Below, one piece after another: positions 1 through 9,484 of a stretch of DNA of 64,000 nucleotides. The DNA comes from a virus. Taxonomy: Duplodnaviria > Caudoviricetes. How positions within the stretch are numbered: the stretch's first letter is position 1; the number at the start of each line of letters is the position of its first letter. The translations under genes and the position numbers were made by a program. The notes beneath the pieces were generated by a model that worked only from the letters and a program-made list of their open reading frames with translations, ran no database searches and was not told the DNA's origin. The stretch spans positions 1 through 64,000 of the IMG/VR virus record IMGVR_UViG_3300009169_000019; one strand, written 5' to 3'.

Positions 1-58
1 TCCATTGCGGTAAGCATTAAGATAGCTTCCTTTTCATCGCATTCAATATTTACTTTCA
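1..58 (-). CDS. Partial hypothetical protein running off the left edge (MKVNIECDEKEAILMLTAM...)
   Basis: ATG at 58 on the minus strand, frame open to position 1; read manually. Confidence 0.35.
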
Positions 59-276
59 TATTCTATTAGAAAATTTTGTTAATACTATTTTTTGCTTTTC
101 CCTCAATTAGTTTCATTAGAATATATGTGTTAATCTTACGCACTGCCGATGTAATCTATGATGTAAATACCCCTCAATAGACTTTGGAAAATGGATAAAT
201 ACATTTTTTGCTTAACATAAATCCAAACTACTAAAACTTCTCAGCCATTCTTTAATTATTTGCCATGCTGTCTGCA

Positions 277-513
277 TTATAATTCGGTATTTAGTTGTAT
301 TTGTTCAAAGTCAATACACTTCTCTAAGTCAACTAAGTTTGCAACCTCTTGATTCACAATAAAATGATTCACTCCGTTTTTGTCGATAATTGGCATTGAA
401 TACGTCAAAGCGTTTTCGTCTGCATAGCCTAATTGGTCGCTTGCTTTAGCGTTTAACTCCTTCCATTCTTCGGGCGTTGTACAAGGGTAATATGTTGGGT
501 AAACTTGTTCCAT
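277..513 (-). CDS. Hypothetical 78-aa protein, possible fibre-associated/chaperone protein
   Basis: ORF coupled to the fibre gene stop (TAATG overlap at 513). Confidence 0.6.
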   Translation of the reverse strand: MEQVYPTYYPCTTPEEWKELNAKASDQLGYADENALTYSMPIIDKNGVNHFIVNQEVANLVDLEKCIDFEQIQLNTEL

Positions 514-2567
514 TATATTTTGCTTAAAGTTTTAAGTAAATTATACATTGCTGTTCGCTTGGTGTTATCATCTTCTCCTTTTACAACGATGTCACCGATA
601 GCGATTACGTTTGCCCATGCGCTTGCTGCATTGTTTCGTGCTAAAAAGTTCAGCCCTGTTGCGTTCATAGCTGTTGTGTTGTTATTTGAGAATGTCTGAC
701 TTATAAAAGATTGACTTACATTATTGATTAAGTATGGCAATGATTCATTAGCGTTAGCAATGTTATTAACCATAGTTGCTAATTTTAAACCTAACCCTGT
801 TGAGGTAAATACAGATGCGTTTCTTCCAACGTTAGCTTGAATGCCATGTCCTTCTTGATTGGTACCTGTATTAATATTAAACAAAGCCCCTGGCCCTGTA
901 ACATAATCATCAGATATTTCTCTTATAGCCTGCAACCCCGCCGTATTCACAAACTTCCTAAACACCGTATAGCTAGTTATAGCAGTATCATTGATATTCA
1001 AGTTAGGCGCACGCATTCCGTATGAAGTACCATTACCCATAATCATAGTTTGGTCAACTATCTCTGCTTTTAATGCGTTGTTGGTTGATGCTGTGTTCAA
1101 AGTCCATGTTTCACCTGTTGCTGATACCCATGATGTTTGGGATGTTGCTCGGTTGTAGGATGAAGGGTTGAAGTCTACAACGGGCGAACCGCCTATTGAG
1201 TTGGAAATTGTGGCTCTAAAAACTATTGCATTTAACATTACTCCTGCTGTTGGTGTGTTGTATGTTCCAATAGTTAATGGGACTGCTGCGTTAAATATAT
1301 TATAGATATTAGTGGAAACTGTTGCTCCAAGTTGAGTCCATGCAACACTTGATGGATTTGTATTTGAAGGATTTGTTGACGTGAAAAATGTTACAACACC
1401 TGTTGACGCAACCCTTGTAAGTCTAACCCAACCATTTGTATTTGCTGCAAATGGAACTGCTACTGTTGAATTTCCACTTTCATTTAGGTTTGAATTTCCA
1501 TCGCTTGAAATCCTAAAACTTAAAGTCGAGCCGTTGCTTATAAAAAAAGAGTAAGCAATATTTGATGAACCTGAATCTCTTTTTCCTATCATAATTTCTG
1601 CACTTGCTGGATTCCAATTTAAATGAGTTAAATTAACAATAATATCTATATCCCCTGTAATCTGATTAGCAACCGCATTTGGCGTACTAAAGTAATTCGA
1701 TGCGACACCTGATAACCAAGCATAATTACTTCCACTATGCACCAAAGCTAAAGGTTGTGCGCTTGCAGTTGTTTGAATAAAGTCACCATTAACACCGCAA
1801 ATGTCGTATAATACCGATGTAGCACGACCACCTGCTGTTGCACCTGTTCCTGACGCTGTTTTTATCCCTGAAATACCCCAATGTGGTTTTAACGCCCACA
1901 TAGCTGTGTTTACACTAGCAACTGAATAGTTATTCTTAACCGACACCACAAACTCATTCAATGCAGTTAGTCCTAATGGTATAGTACCACCATCAGCAAC
2001 AACCCTATCAAAGTGTGCTTGTGCTTCTGCGTCAATGATGTAAACTACATTACTATCAGCATTCGTACAACCATCGCTATCACACGCAGTAACAACACAT
2101 TTAATATTTTGCCCTGCATCTGCTTGAACTAAGGTATAAGTATTATTTGTTTCACCAACTAGCAATGTAGCACCTCGATACCATTGATATGTGTATGGTG
2201 GTATTATTCCCGTGTCGCTAGTCCAAGTACCTGTTGAGCAAGTCAATACATTGCCAACAACTAACGTTCCACTTATCACAGGCGCAACGGTGTTGATAGG
2301 TGCGGAAATAGTTACTTGGTTCCAGGTTACTCCATTAAAAGAATAAAGTTTTCTTGTAGATGTATCTATTCCTAATTTATTAATGGTAATACCGCTAGTT
2401 GGAAATAAAGCAACATTACTACCAATATATAATGAAGAATTACTTAAAGCTGTAAGCTCTGCTTGCAAATCAAAAATAAGTTGATCAAGCATATTAATAA
2501 CTTGATTTACATTATTAGATGTTGCAAAATAAGGAACTCCTTTTATATGCTTTGATTGATAATTCAT
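513..2567 (-). CDS. Virion fibre/adhesin-like protein with Ig-like and lectin (LamG/ConA)-like domains
   Basis: Phage Ig-like signature APINTVAPVISGT..VG..LTCSTGTW..YTYQWYR..TYTLVQADAG..IKCVVTA, followed by a beta-rich S/T/N/G region. Confidence 0.7.
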   Translation of the reverse strand: MNYQSKHIKGVPYFATSNNVNQVINMLDQLIFDLQAELTALSNSSLYIGSNVALFPTSGITINKLGIDTSTRKLYSFNGVTWNQVTISAPINTVAPVISGTLVVGNVLTCSTGTWTSDTGIIPPYTYQWYRGATLLVGETNNTYTLVQADAGQNIKCVVTACDSDGCTNADSNVVYIIDAEAQAHFDRVVADGGTIPLGLTALNEFVVSVKNNYSVASVNTAMWALKPHWGISGIKTASGTGATAGGRATSVLYDICGVNGDFIQTTASAQPLALVHSGSNYAWLSGVASNYFSTPNAVANQITGDIDIIVNLTHLNWNPASAEIMIGKRDSGSSNIAYSFFISNGSTLSFRISSDGNSNLNESGNSTVAVPFAANTNGWVRLTRVASTGVVTFFTSTNPSNTNPSSVAWTQLGATVSTNIYNIFNAAVPLTIGTYNTPTAGVMLNAIVFRATISNSIGGSPVVDFNPSSYNRATSQTSWVSATGETWTLNTASTNNALKAEIVDQTMIMGNGTSYGMRAPNLNINDTAITSYTVFRKFVNTAGLQAIREISDDYVTGPGALFNINTGTNQEGHGIQANVGRNASVFTSTGLGLKLATMVNNIANANESLPYLINNVSQSFISQTFSNNNTTAMNATGLNFLARNNAASAWANVIAIGDIVVKGEDDNTKRTAMYNLLKTLSKI

Positions 2568-3388
2568 TAAGAAAGAAGTTTATAATATTGTTTAAAATGA
2601 CGTATTCTATCATTAATTCCTATTACCCCGCCATTTACTCTTTTAGTAACTTTAGTAACAACATCATCTGATGCACCTAAGTCACAAATAGACCAAAGTT
2701 TATTAGAATCAAAGAAGAATGCTGCTGAAGCTAAAGGATATTTAGTAGCAACTAAATCAGGGTTAGCAACACAGTCTTCTCCAATAAATTTAGTAAATCC
2801 AGTATAATTAGCTTTACCAGTTAATTGAATGTAACCTCTTCCACGAAATTTCCAACCATCTTTAGAAGCTTCATTACCATTTTCCATTCTATTAGCATAA
2901 ACTTTAGATGCAATTTTTTCTGGTTGACGTGCATATGCAGGAGCTGTAGCAGAATTAAAATATTTACCAAATATTTTAACTAAACCATCAGCTGAATAGT
3001 TTAAGTTTTCAGATACAGCTTTAAATCCAGCTGATTCATGTCCACATTGTGCTAAAAAATGAGCAAGTCTTAAAGGATTAGTTATATTAAATTTAGCAGC
3101 AGTATCAGGTATTTGTGCAATTACTGCATCAGGAATATGTCCTTTTAAATTAGCTAACTTAAAACTAGAAACAGGTATTACAATTGAAGCTGCAACTGGT
3201 GCAGGTGTTCCAAACATTTTAGACCATGTAACATCACCTACTATACCATCAGCAGTTAATCCATTAGCAGCTTGCCATTCTTTTACTTTAGCTTCTGTAC
3301 CATTGCCAAATATACCGTCAGCAGCTAAACCTAATTTTGTTTGAAGTTGTTTAACTTCTTCTCCTTTTGATCCGTTTTTTAATAACAT
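2567..3388 (-). CDS. Endolysin: peptidoglycan-binding domain plus GH19 glycoside hydrolase
   Basis: PGBD repeats (LKNGSKGEEVKQLQ, ADGIFG, ADGIVG); GH19 motifs HFLAQCGHES, FRGRGYIQLTG, VTKRVNGG. Confidence 0.93.
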   Translation of the reverse strand: MLLKNGSKGEEVKQLQTKLGLAADGIFGNGTEAKVKEWQAANGLTADGIVGDVTWSKMFGTPAPVAASIVIPVSSFKLANLKGHIPDAVIAQIPDTAAKFNITNPLRLAHFLAQCGHESAGFKAVSENLNYSADGLVKIFGKYFNSATAPAYARQPEKIASKVYANRMENGNEASKDGWKFRGRGYIQLTGKANYTGFTKFIGEDCVANPDLVATKYPLASAAFFFDSNKLWSICDLGASDDVVTKVTKRVNGGVIGINDRIRHFKQYYKLLS

Positions 3389-3390
3389 AA

Positions 3391-3807
3391 TTAATTGTAT
3401 CTATTTTTTCTAATCTTTTTTAATTCTTTGTATTTTCTTCTAAAAGTTCTGTAATTACAGGTATCTAGAAACATAGCAGTTTTATTAGTTTCTTCAAACC
3501 ATTTAGATAAACCACGGTTAATATTATAACATTCTTTTAGTCTGCCTTCATAATATGCTTTACACATACCTACAGCTGTATCCTCTTGAATAACTACAAC
3601 AGTATCTACTATTACAGGTTTTAATAATTCTTTTTTTTGAGAATCTATTATAGTAATAAATTTAACAAATTTATTGTTAATATCATCTGCTTGTGTTTTA
3701 GTAAGCATTACAATTTGTTGACCGTCAATAACTTTAGTCTTGGGATATTGGCAATAACTTAAATTGCTCAACAGTATCAGGCATACTAATGTTAGAAATG
3801 CTTTCAT
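3391..3807 (-). CDS. Secreted protein of the lysis cluster (probable start MKAFLTLV)
   Basis: Hydrophobic signal peptide ending SYC-Q; ATG at 3807 in frame with the track ORF 3391..3915. Confidence 0.6.
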   Translation of the reverse strand: MKAFLTLVCLILLSNLSYCQYPKTKVIDGQQIVMLTKTQADDINNKFVKFITIIDSQKKELLKPVIVDTVVVIQEDTAVGMCKAYYEGRLKECYNINRGLSKWFEETNKTAMFLDTCNYRTFRRKYKELKKIRKNRYN

Positions 3808-4066
3808 GTAATTGTTGATTTTCTTTTTTAAGAATGGTAACAACACTGGAGAGACTGTCAACAGCTTTTTCAGCATTTTTAAGGGTACTAATTCTTTTTG
3901 TAATTGTTTTTTCATTTTTTTCTGTTGTTATTTTTACTAAACTATCAATATTTATAGTTTTAAATGATTTAGCTTTTTTAGTTGAAGGGTTTTGACCTAT
4001 TGCAGTAGTAATAGCAATAAACAATATTATTATACTAACAACTAGTATTATTTTATTTTGTAGCAT
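3734..4066 (-). CDS. Membrane-anchored/secreted coiled-coil protein, spanin-like candidate
   Basis: N-terminal hydrophobic helix then a coiled coil; overlaps the next gene; lysis-cluster context. Confidence 0.55.
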   Translation of the reverse strand: MLQNKIILVVSIIILFIAITTAIGQNPSTKKAKSFKTINIDSLVKITTEKNEKTITKRISTLKNAEKAVDSLSSVVTILKKENQQLHESISNISMPDTVEQFKLLPISQD

Positions 4067-4361
4067 TGATTATAGCATGTTGGGTTATTAAATTTATTAT
4101 AATAGAATCTTTAGAATCTATTTTTTTTTCTAATTTTACAGTAGTTTCTATACAATTGTCAATTCCTTTAACTTCTGCTTTTTCTTTATCTTTATATATG
4201 TAAACTATACCAATAATACATAAAAAAGCTACAGCAGCTACAGGGTATTTTCTAAATTGATTAAAACTAACAGGAAGTTTTACAGCATCTTTAGCTGATT
4301 CAACTGTTTCTTTAACAGTACTTTTAGGTTTCACCGGAGTTTTTCTAGATTGTGTTGCCAT
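4053..4361 (-). CDS. Single-pass membrane protein (lysis cluster)
   Basis: Basic N-terminus, TM segment PVAAVAFLCIIGIVYIY, short coiled coil. Confidence 0.6.
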   Translation of the reverse strand: MATQSRKTPVKPKSTVKETVESAKDAVKLPVSFNQFRKYPVAAVAFLCIIGIVYIYKDKEKAEVKGIDNCIETTVKLEKKIDSKDSIIINLITQHAIINATK

Positions 4362-4608
4362 TATTTTCAGTTGTATTGTTTGATTTTTTAGTAAATTTAT
4401 CTATTGTATCAGCACCCATGCCAATAGCAGTGATAACTAAAACAGCATTAACTAATGATTCTGCTGGTTCAAAATCTTTATGTGAATAACTATTTAATGT
4501 CATAGTTAAACATAAAAATAATGTTCCAATAAATGCTACTACAGGTTTAACTGATGTAGATCCTCTTTCATCTTTGAATAAATCAACTATCCATTGTTTA
4601 AAATTCAT
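4345..4608 (-). CDS. Holin-like two-TM protein
   Basis: 87 aa, two hydrophobic helices, charged C-terminal tail, upstream of the endolysin. Confidence 0.65.
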   Translation of the reverse strand: MNFKQWIVDLFKDERGSTSVKPVVAFIGTLFLCLTMTLNSYSHKDFEPAESLVNAVLVITAIGMGADTIDKFTKKSNNTTENNGNTI

Positions 4609-4609
4609 A

Positions 4610-5170
4610 TTAGTATAATTTTTTAAATTTATTAATTACATAAAGAATAACAGATATAGCAATTATTGATAATAATATATAAAATTTTGCTCTTTCTTTA
4701 GTTATTGTTACTTTTTTATCTTTAATATCTATTTTTAATTCTTTAATACTATCTGTTTTTTGAGTAATTTCTGTTTTTAATATAGATTCTAATTTAACAT
4801 CTCTGATATAATTGTTCTTAGTAACAGTTTGAACAATGTTTTTAGTAGGAGGGCATTTTACATAAACTTTGTCATTTTTAACAGAAATGCTAGTTCCTGA
4901 TGGTAAAACAGTATCTTTAGTAGTAATAGATATAGTATCTGTAATGTAGTTATTTTGAATAATAGTATCTATTTTTACTACATCAACAATTACTGTATCA
5001 TTAATGCAATAGCCTCTTTTAACTACTTCTTTTGCTACAATGTTAAATTTTTTATCATTTGTTAACACTCTTTTAACAGAATTGCAGGAAAAAGATATAG
5101 TTATAACTAATAATATAAATAAATAAACAATTAATATTTTTAAAGAATCACTCATACTCTCTTTTTTCAT
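4610..5170 (-). CDS. Lipoprotein with C-terminal TM helix (unimolecular-spanin-like topology)
   Basis: Signal with lipobox-like SFS-C, beta-rich D-T repeats, coiled coil, C-terminal TM FYILLSIIAISVILYVI. Confidence 0.6.
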   Translation of the reverse strand: MKKESMSDSLKILIVYLFILLVITISFSCNSVKRVLTNDKKFNIVAKEVVKRGYCINDTVIVDVVKIDTIIQNNYITDTISITTKDTVLPSGTSISVKNDKVYVKCPPTKNIVQTVTKNNYIRDVKLESILKTEITQKTDSIKELKIDIKDKKVTITKERAKFYILLSIIAISVILYVINKFKKLY

Positions 5171-5462
5171 TTTTATTATCTTGTATTAATGCAGCATAAA
5201 CCTTATTAAAGGTATCTGGAACATATGGTCTGTCATTGTTACTTTTATTATATGCAAAAACTTTATTGTTTAAATTTTCTACTTGAGATTTTAAATTAAT
5301 AATTTCTACATGGTCAGCAGCTGTTTGCGCTAACAGACTTTTAACATCTGATTTAATTTCTTTAATGTCATCATAAAGAATTATTGCTAAAAAACTCATA
5401 ATTGACGGAAATAACCATGTCTTAACTGTACTAAGAATAGATTTTTCATTAGGTGTTATCAT
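5148..5462 (-). CDS. Membrane protein with coiled coil
   Basis: TM segment WLFPSIMSFLAIILY followed by a heptad pattern. Confidence 0.6.
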   Translation of the reverse strand: MITPNEKSILSTVKTWLFPSIMSFLAIILYDDIKEIKSDVKSLLAQTAADHVEIINLKSQVENLNNKVFAYNKSNNDRPYVPDTFNKVYAALIQDNKNEKREYE

Positions 5463-5469
5463 CTATAAA

Positions 5470-5477
5470 TATATTTG
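5470..5477 (+). promoter_or_regulatory. Possible Bacteroidota sigma-A -7 element facing the replication module
   Basis: TATATTTG matches TAnnTTTG; no clean -33 TTTG at the usual spacing. Confidence 0.4.
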
Positions 5478-5499
5478 CAGAATTAAATAAATAAAGGAA

Positions 5500-5515
5500 T
5501 ATACTATTAATATAC
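5500..5515 (-). promoter_or_regulatory. Candidate phage late-promoter motif, copy 1 (GTATATTAATAGTATA)
   Basis: Recurs upstream of four minus-strand gene blocks. Confidence 0.55.
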
Positions 5516-5626
5516 AAAATAATCATCACAAATAAGACTATGTAATACAATTTTTTAATCCAAAAAAGAAGAACTATTAAAAATATTTAAAATAAAATAC
5601 CAAATGTTAAAATATATAAAAATAAA

Positions 5627-6013
5627 ATGAATAAACTACTATCCCTTAATGAATTAGAATTAATTATAAACATGCATATTCCTGATGAAATATTTGATAA
5701 ATACAGCAATATTAGGGTAAAATGCAGAAAAAGAGAATTAATAGATCTTAGATTTATATTTTTTCATATTGCCAAAAAGTCAGGTTATACATCTATAACA
5801 ATTGGTAAGTATTTTAAAAAAGACCACTCTACAATACTAAACGGATGGAAAAAGTTTGACAGATATATAAATACAGATGAAGAATTTACTAATAAATATA
5901 AAGTTATTATATCATATATAAATAAATATTACGAGAATGGAATTAGAGTATTATACGAACCTATTAAAAAACCAGTTGACTCCAAATCAACATTACATCC
6001 TCTTCTGTTGTAA
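5627..6013 (+). CDS. DnaA C-terminal (domain IV)-like HTH DNA-binding protein
   Basis: RKRELIDLR..FFHIAK..GY...TIGKYFKKDHSTIL matches the DnaA domain IV pattern (IG..F.RDHSTV). Confidence 0.8.
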   Translation: MNKLLSLNELELIINMHIPDEIFDKYSNIRVKCRKRELIDLRFIFFHIAKKSGYTSITIGKYFKKDHSTILNGWKKFDRYINTDEEFTNKYKVIISYINKYYENGIRVLYEPIKKPVDSKSTLHPLLL

Positions 6014-6506
6014 GAATAATATAAAAATAGGAATATTATATAACACCAAACATGAAGTGTTATTATTACAAAAATCAGGATTTTTAAATGAAAGTTTTAA
6101 AATTACAGACAAAGCTGAAGTTGCTCTTGATAATCTTAGCACAATATTTAGGAAAAAAAAATCTACAGCATTAGAAAGTTTAATGGGACCTGATTTTCTT
6201 ACATATATAGCTGAATTTAGAGAATATTTTCCTAAAAACAAAAAAGCATCTCCATCAGAAATTAAAGCTAAATTTTCAAAACTATTTTTAGAAAATCCTG
6301 GACTTAATTGGAATAAACTAATAAACGCAACAGCTTTGTATTTCTCAGAGACAAGAGAAGAAAGATTTATATATAAAGCTTCAAACTTTATTATGGTGCA
6401 AAGAAGTGGTATTAATAGTTACCCCATATTAGAATATTATGAGAGAATAGAAAATGGTGAAAATCCATCTGACAGAACAGACGTAAATATGTATAAAATA
6501 TATTAA
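5937..6506 (+). CDS. Hypothetical replication-associated protein (possible initiator/loader)
   Basis: 189-aa ORF directly upstream of the helicase; function inferred from position only. Confidence 0.6.
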   Translation: MELEYYTNLLKNQLTPNQHYILFCCKNNIKIGILYNTKHEVLLLQKSGFLNESFKITDKAEVALDNLSTIFRKKKSTALESLMGPDFLTYIAEFREYFPKNKKASPSEIKAKFSKLFLENPGLNWNKLINATALYFSETREERFIYKASNFIMVQRSGINSYPILEYYERIENGENPSDRTDVNMYKIY

Positions 6507-6507
6507 T

Positions 6508-7491
6508 ATGAATGGACAAGAACAAATAATAAAAAAATGGAGACACGTATCAGATATAAGAGCAGAGACTCTTAATTATATCAAAAAAAGAAGAGCTGGT
6601 GTTATACGTTCTGTAAGAACACCGTGGTCTAAATTAAATAATGTTTTAATGGATGGTCTTGAGTGGGGTAGTATCTACATTATTGGTGGTAGACCGGGTA
6701 CGGGTAAAACAAGTGTAGTGAGTCAAATCACTAATATGGCACATTTTAATAATCCTGGACAAGAATTTGCTGTTTTAAATTTTCAGTTTGAAATGGGTGA
6801 TAGAGTAATTGGTGCAAGAGAATTAACTAAACCTCTAAGCATGGATATGAAAAAGATATTCAGTGCTCATCCTACCGATAAACTTTCTCCCACTGAAATA
6901 CAAGACATAGAAAACTATTACAATAAGAAATGTAATGATGAGATATACTATATTACAGACCCTCTTACAGCTAAAGAATTTTCAAGAGAAGTTTTAAGAT
7001 TTTATGCTGCTTTACAAAAACCTATTATTGTGACTTTAGATCATTCTATTCTTGTCAAAAAAAGTATAGATGAAGTAAGTCAAATAGAAGCATTGTATAA
7101 TCTTTCTAGTGAAATGGTAGGTCTTAAGAAAAAAATACCAGATAGTATGTTTATTGTTCTTTCTCAAATGAATAGAACAATAGAAGATCACACTAGAAGA
7201 CAATCTGGTACTGTAGGTAATTATCCAACATCTTCTGATTTGTTTGGAGCAGATGCATTAATGCAAAATGCAGATGCTGTAATTCTAATAAACAGACCAG
7301 ATTTAATGGGTATATCCGAATATGGTCCTGAAAAAATTAAAGTTGAAGACGGTATGGTGGTATTTCATCTTATTAAGAATAGGTTTGGTGAACAATGTAT
7401 GTTGTTCTTTAAACAAGAACTTAAATATTTTGAAGTGCAAGAAGCACCAACACCAAACACAAATAAAATAATGTTTAAAAAAATACCATAA
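6508..7491 (+). CDS. dnaB: DnaB-family replicative helicase
   Basis: Walker A GGRPGTGKT, FQFEM, LDH, LSQMNR, SDLFGADALMQNAD, KNRFG. Confidence 0.93.
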   Translation: MNGQEQIIKKWRHVSDIRAETLNYIKKRRAGVIRSVRTPWSKLNNVLMDGLEWGSIYIIGGRPGTGKTSVVSQITNMAHFNNPGQEFAVLNFQFEMGDRVIGARELTKPLSMDMKKIFSAHPTDKLSPTEIQDIENYYNKKCNDEIYYITDPLTAKEFSREVLRFYAALQKPIIVTLDHSILVKKSIDEVSQIEALYNLSSEMVGLKKKIPDSMFIVLSQMNRTIEDHTRRQSGTVGNYPTSSDLFGADALMQNADAVILINRPDLMGISEYGPEKIKVEDGMVVFHLIKNRFGEQCMLFFKQELKYFEVQEAPTPNTNKIMFKKIP

Positions 7492-8051
7492 TGAGCTTAT
7501 CAACAAAAACAGTTATTACTTCAGATGATAGGAAGATAGTAAATGAACAAATTAAAAAATATCATCAACCTGCATTTGATATGTTAGGGGAAATAAATCC
7601 ACTTTTTCAACCACGTACAATGTTTACTTGGAACAATGAGATTCATGTTTCTTTATACAAAAAAGAACTTACAGCTCCCGTTTTTTATATGGAGCTTATA
7701 AATGATGATATGTCTCCTAAGGATTCTGAAAGAACTCTTTATAAGTTTAGAGGAAATGTAGAATGCATTAACGAATATTTTAGCAAATCTTACACGGGTC
7801 AGTTTGGAGAATACAGTAAATATTTTGTACCTTTGGAAGATTTTGAAAAAGTAGATTTAAATAAAGTTTTAAAACCAAATGTAACACAAGCTCTTCCTTT
7901 TGACGAAGAGATTTATAAAACAGAAGATGAATTGGAAGATGCATTAATGTCTAAGCTTACCATTAGAGATCATGCAGCTATTCAATGGAAGTTACCAGTT
8001 TCACAAAAAAAATGGTTAAATAAATTAATTCAAGAAATAAATAAAAAATAG
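7491..8051 (+). CDS. Hypothetical protein
   Basis: Coupled ORF; C-terminal LTIRDHAAI..LPVS.K.WLN.LI segment. Confidence 0.7.
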   Translation: MSLSTKTVITSDDRKIVNEQIKKYHQPAFDMLGEINPLFQPRTMFTWNNEIHVSLYKKELTAPVFYMELINDDMSPKDSERTLYKFRGNVECINEYFSKSYTGQFGEYSKYFVPLEDFEKVDLNKVLKPNVTQALPFDEEIYKTEDELEDALMSKLTIRDHAAIQWKLPVSQKKWLNKLIQEINKK

Positions 8052-8735
8052 ATGGCACAAGGAATATTAATTGTAGGAGAGTCTGGATCTGGCAAAACTA
8101 CAAGCATCGAACTATTAGATCCAAAAGAAACATTTATTATTAACGTTTCATGTAAACCTTTATCTTTTAAAGGATGGAGAAAAAATTATATTGAATGGAC
8201 AAAAGACAATCCTACGGGTAATCTTTTCAAATCACCAGATCCTAAATCTATTGAGGCATGTATGAAATATGTGTCAGAAAAAAGACCTGAAATTAAAAAT
8301 CTAATCGTTGATGATTTTCAATACATTTCTTCTTTCGAATTTTTTGATAGAGCAGAAGAAAAAGGTTTTGAAAAATTTACTCAAATTGGTGCAACATTAG
8401 CAAGAATTTCAAGACTTCCTATGACTTTAAGAGATAACTTAATGGTTTTCTTTCTTACTCATGTTGAAGAAGGCACTGATATTGAAAACAGAAAAAGATA
8501 TAAAGCTAAAACAATAGGACGACTTGTAGATGAAAAACTTACATTAGAAGGATTATTTACAATTGTACTATTTTGTAAAGCAAAGAAAGACAAAGATGGT
8601 AAGATCAGTTATATATTTGAAACACAAAATTCAGGTGATAATACATGTAAATCACCAAAGGATATGTTTTCATCTTCTATAATTCCTAATGACTTACAAT
8701 TAGTAATAAAAACAATTCACGAATACGAAAATTAA
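8052..8735 (+). CDS. AAA_24/Sak4-like P-loop ATPase
   Basis: GESGSGKT, Walker B LIVDDFQY, FLTH, terminal CKSP..MF...IPNDL. Confidence 0.85.
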   Translation: MAQGILIVGESGSGKTTSIELLDPKETFIINVSCKPLSFKGWRKNYIEWTKDNPTGNLFKSPDPKSIEACMKYVSEKRPEIKNLIVDDFQYISSFEFFDRAEEKGFEKFTQIGATLARISRLPMTLRDNLMVFFLTHVEEGTDIENRKRYKAKTIGRLVDEKLTLEGLFTIVLFCKAKKDKDGKISYIFETQNSGDNTCKSPKDMFSSSIIPNDLQLVIKTIHEYEN

Positions 8736-8760
8736 ACATTAACAATTAAATTTTAAAAAA

Positions 8761-9417
8761 ATGGCTTTAAGCACAAAAAACATCAAAATTTCGGAAGGAA
8801 GACTTTCCAAAACTATTAACCCTGGAAACATTAAGGGTAAAATTTATGACATTTCTTTGAAACCTGGATATAATCAAGGAAGTTATTATCTTATATTATC
8901 TATTGAAACAGAACCTATTGAAAACTTTGAAGGTTTCTTTATTAACTCTCAAGATGAATCTCAAGGAAAACATAAAGGTCAAGTAGGTAGAATAAGATAT
9001 TCTCAATATGCTTTTGAAACTAAAACACTTCCTTCTGGTATTAAAGTTGATAGAGATGAGAATATTTTAAAAGCTATTTTGACATTAGCAAAAGCACAAG
9101 GTATTAGTGATACTATCAACGAAGTAGAAGGTGATACTATTGAAGAATTTGTAATTAATGCAAAACCTGTAATTTGTAATGATATTTATTTAAATTGGTG
9201 TATTGCTGGTAAAGAATATAGCAATAAAGATGGATATACTGCTTATGACTGTTTTATTCCAAAAGTAACAAATAAGAAATTTGGATTTGCAATGGATGAT
9301 AATGCTGTAATTACTTTTAATGAAGCTGAACACATTATAAAAGAAAAAAAGAAGCAATCTGAAAATGTTTCTGATTTTGAACCACAGACAAAGAGTAGCG
9401 ACTTTGATATGTTTTAA
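8761..9417 (+). CDS. Putative single-stranded DNA-binding protein
   Basis: Lies between the Sak4-like ATPase and primase; acidic/aromatic tail SSDFDMF. Confidence 0.55.
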   Translation: MALSTKNIKISEGRLSKTINPGNIKGKIYDISLKPGYNQGSYYLILSIETEPIENFEGFFINSQDESQGKHKGQVGRIRYSQYAFETKTLPSGIKVDRDENILKAILTLAKAQGISDTINEVEGDTIEEFVINAKPVICNDIYLNWCIAGKEYSNKDGYTAYDCFIPKVTNKKFGFAMDDNAVITFNEAEHIIKEKKKQSENVSDFEPQTKSSDFDMF

Positions 9418-9432
9418 TTGTTAATTGTTTGT

Positions 9433-9466
9433 AAATAAAAGGGGGAGTAACATCCCCCTTTTATTT
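9433..9466 (+). terminator. Intrinsic terminator
   Basis: AAATAAAAGGGGGA-GTAACA-TCCCCCTTTTATTT hairpin with T tract. Confidence 0.85.
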
Positions 9467-9484
9467 TTATTTTAATTTTAAACC

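Noticed and set aside
60-276. Possible gene or structured RNA left of the 78-aa ORF
   Set aside because: Only very short ORFs (e.g. 21 aa MQTAWQIIKEW...) and no convincing hairpin; cannot be supported.
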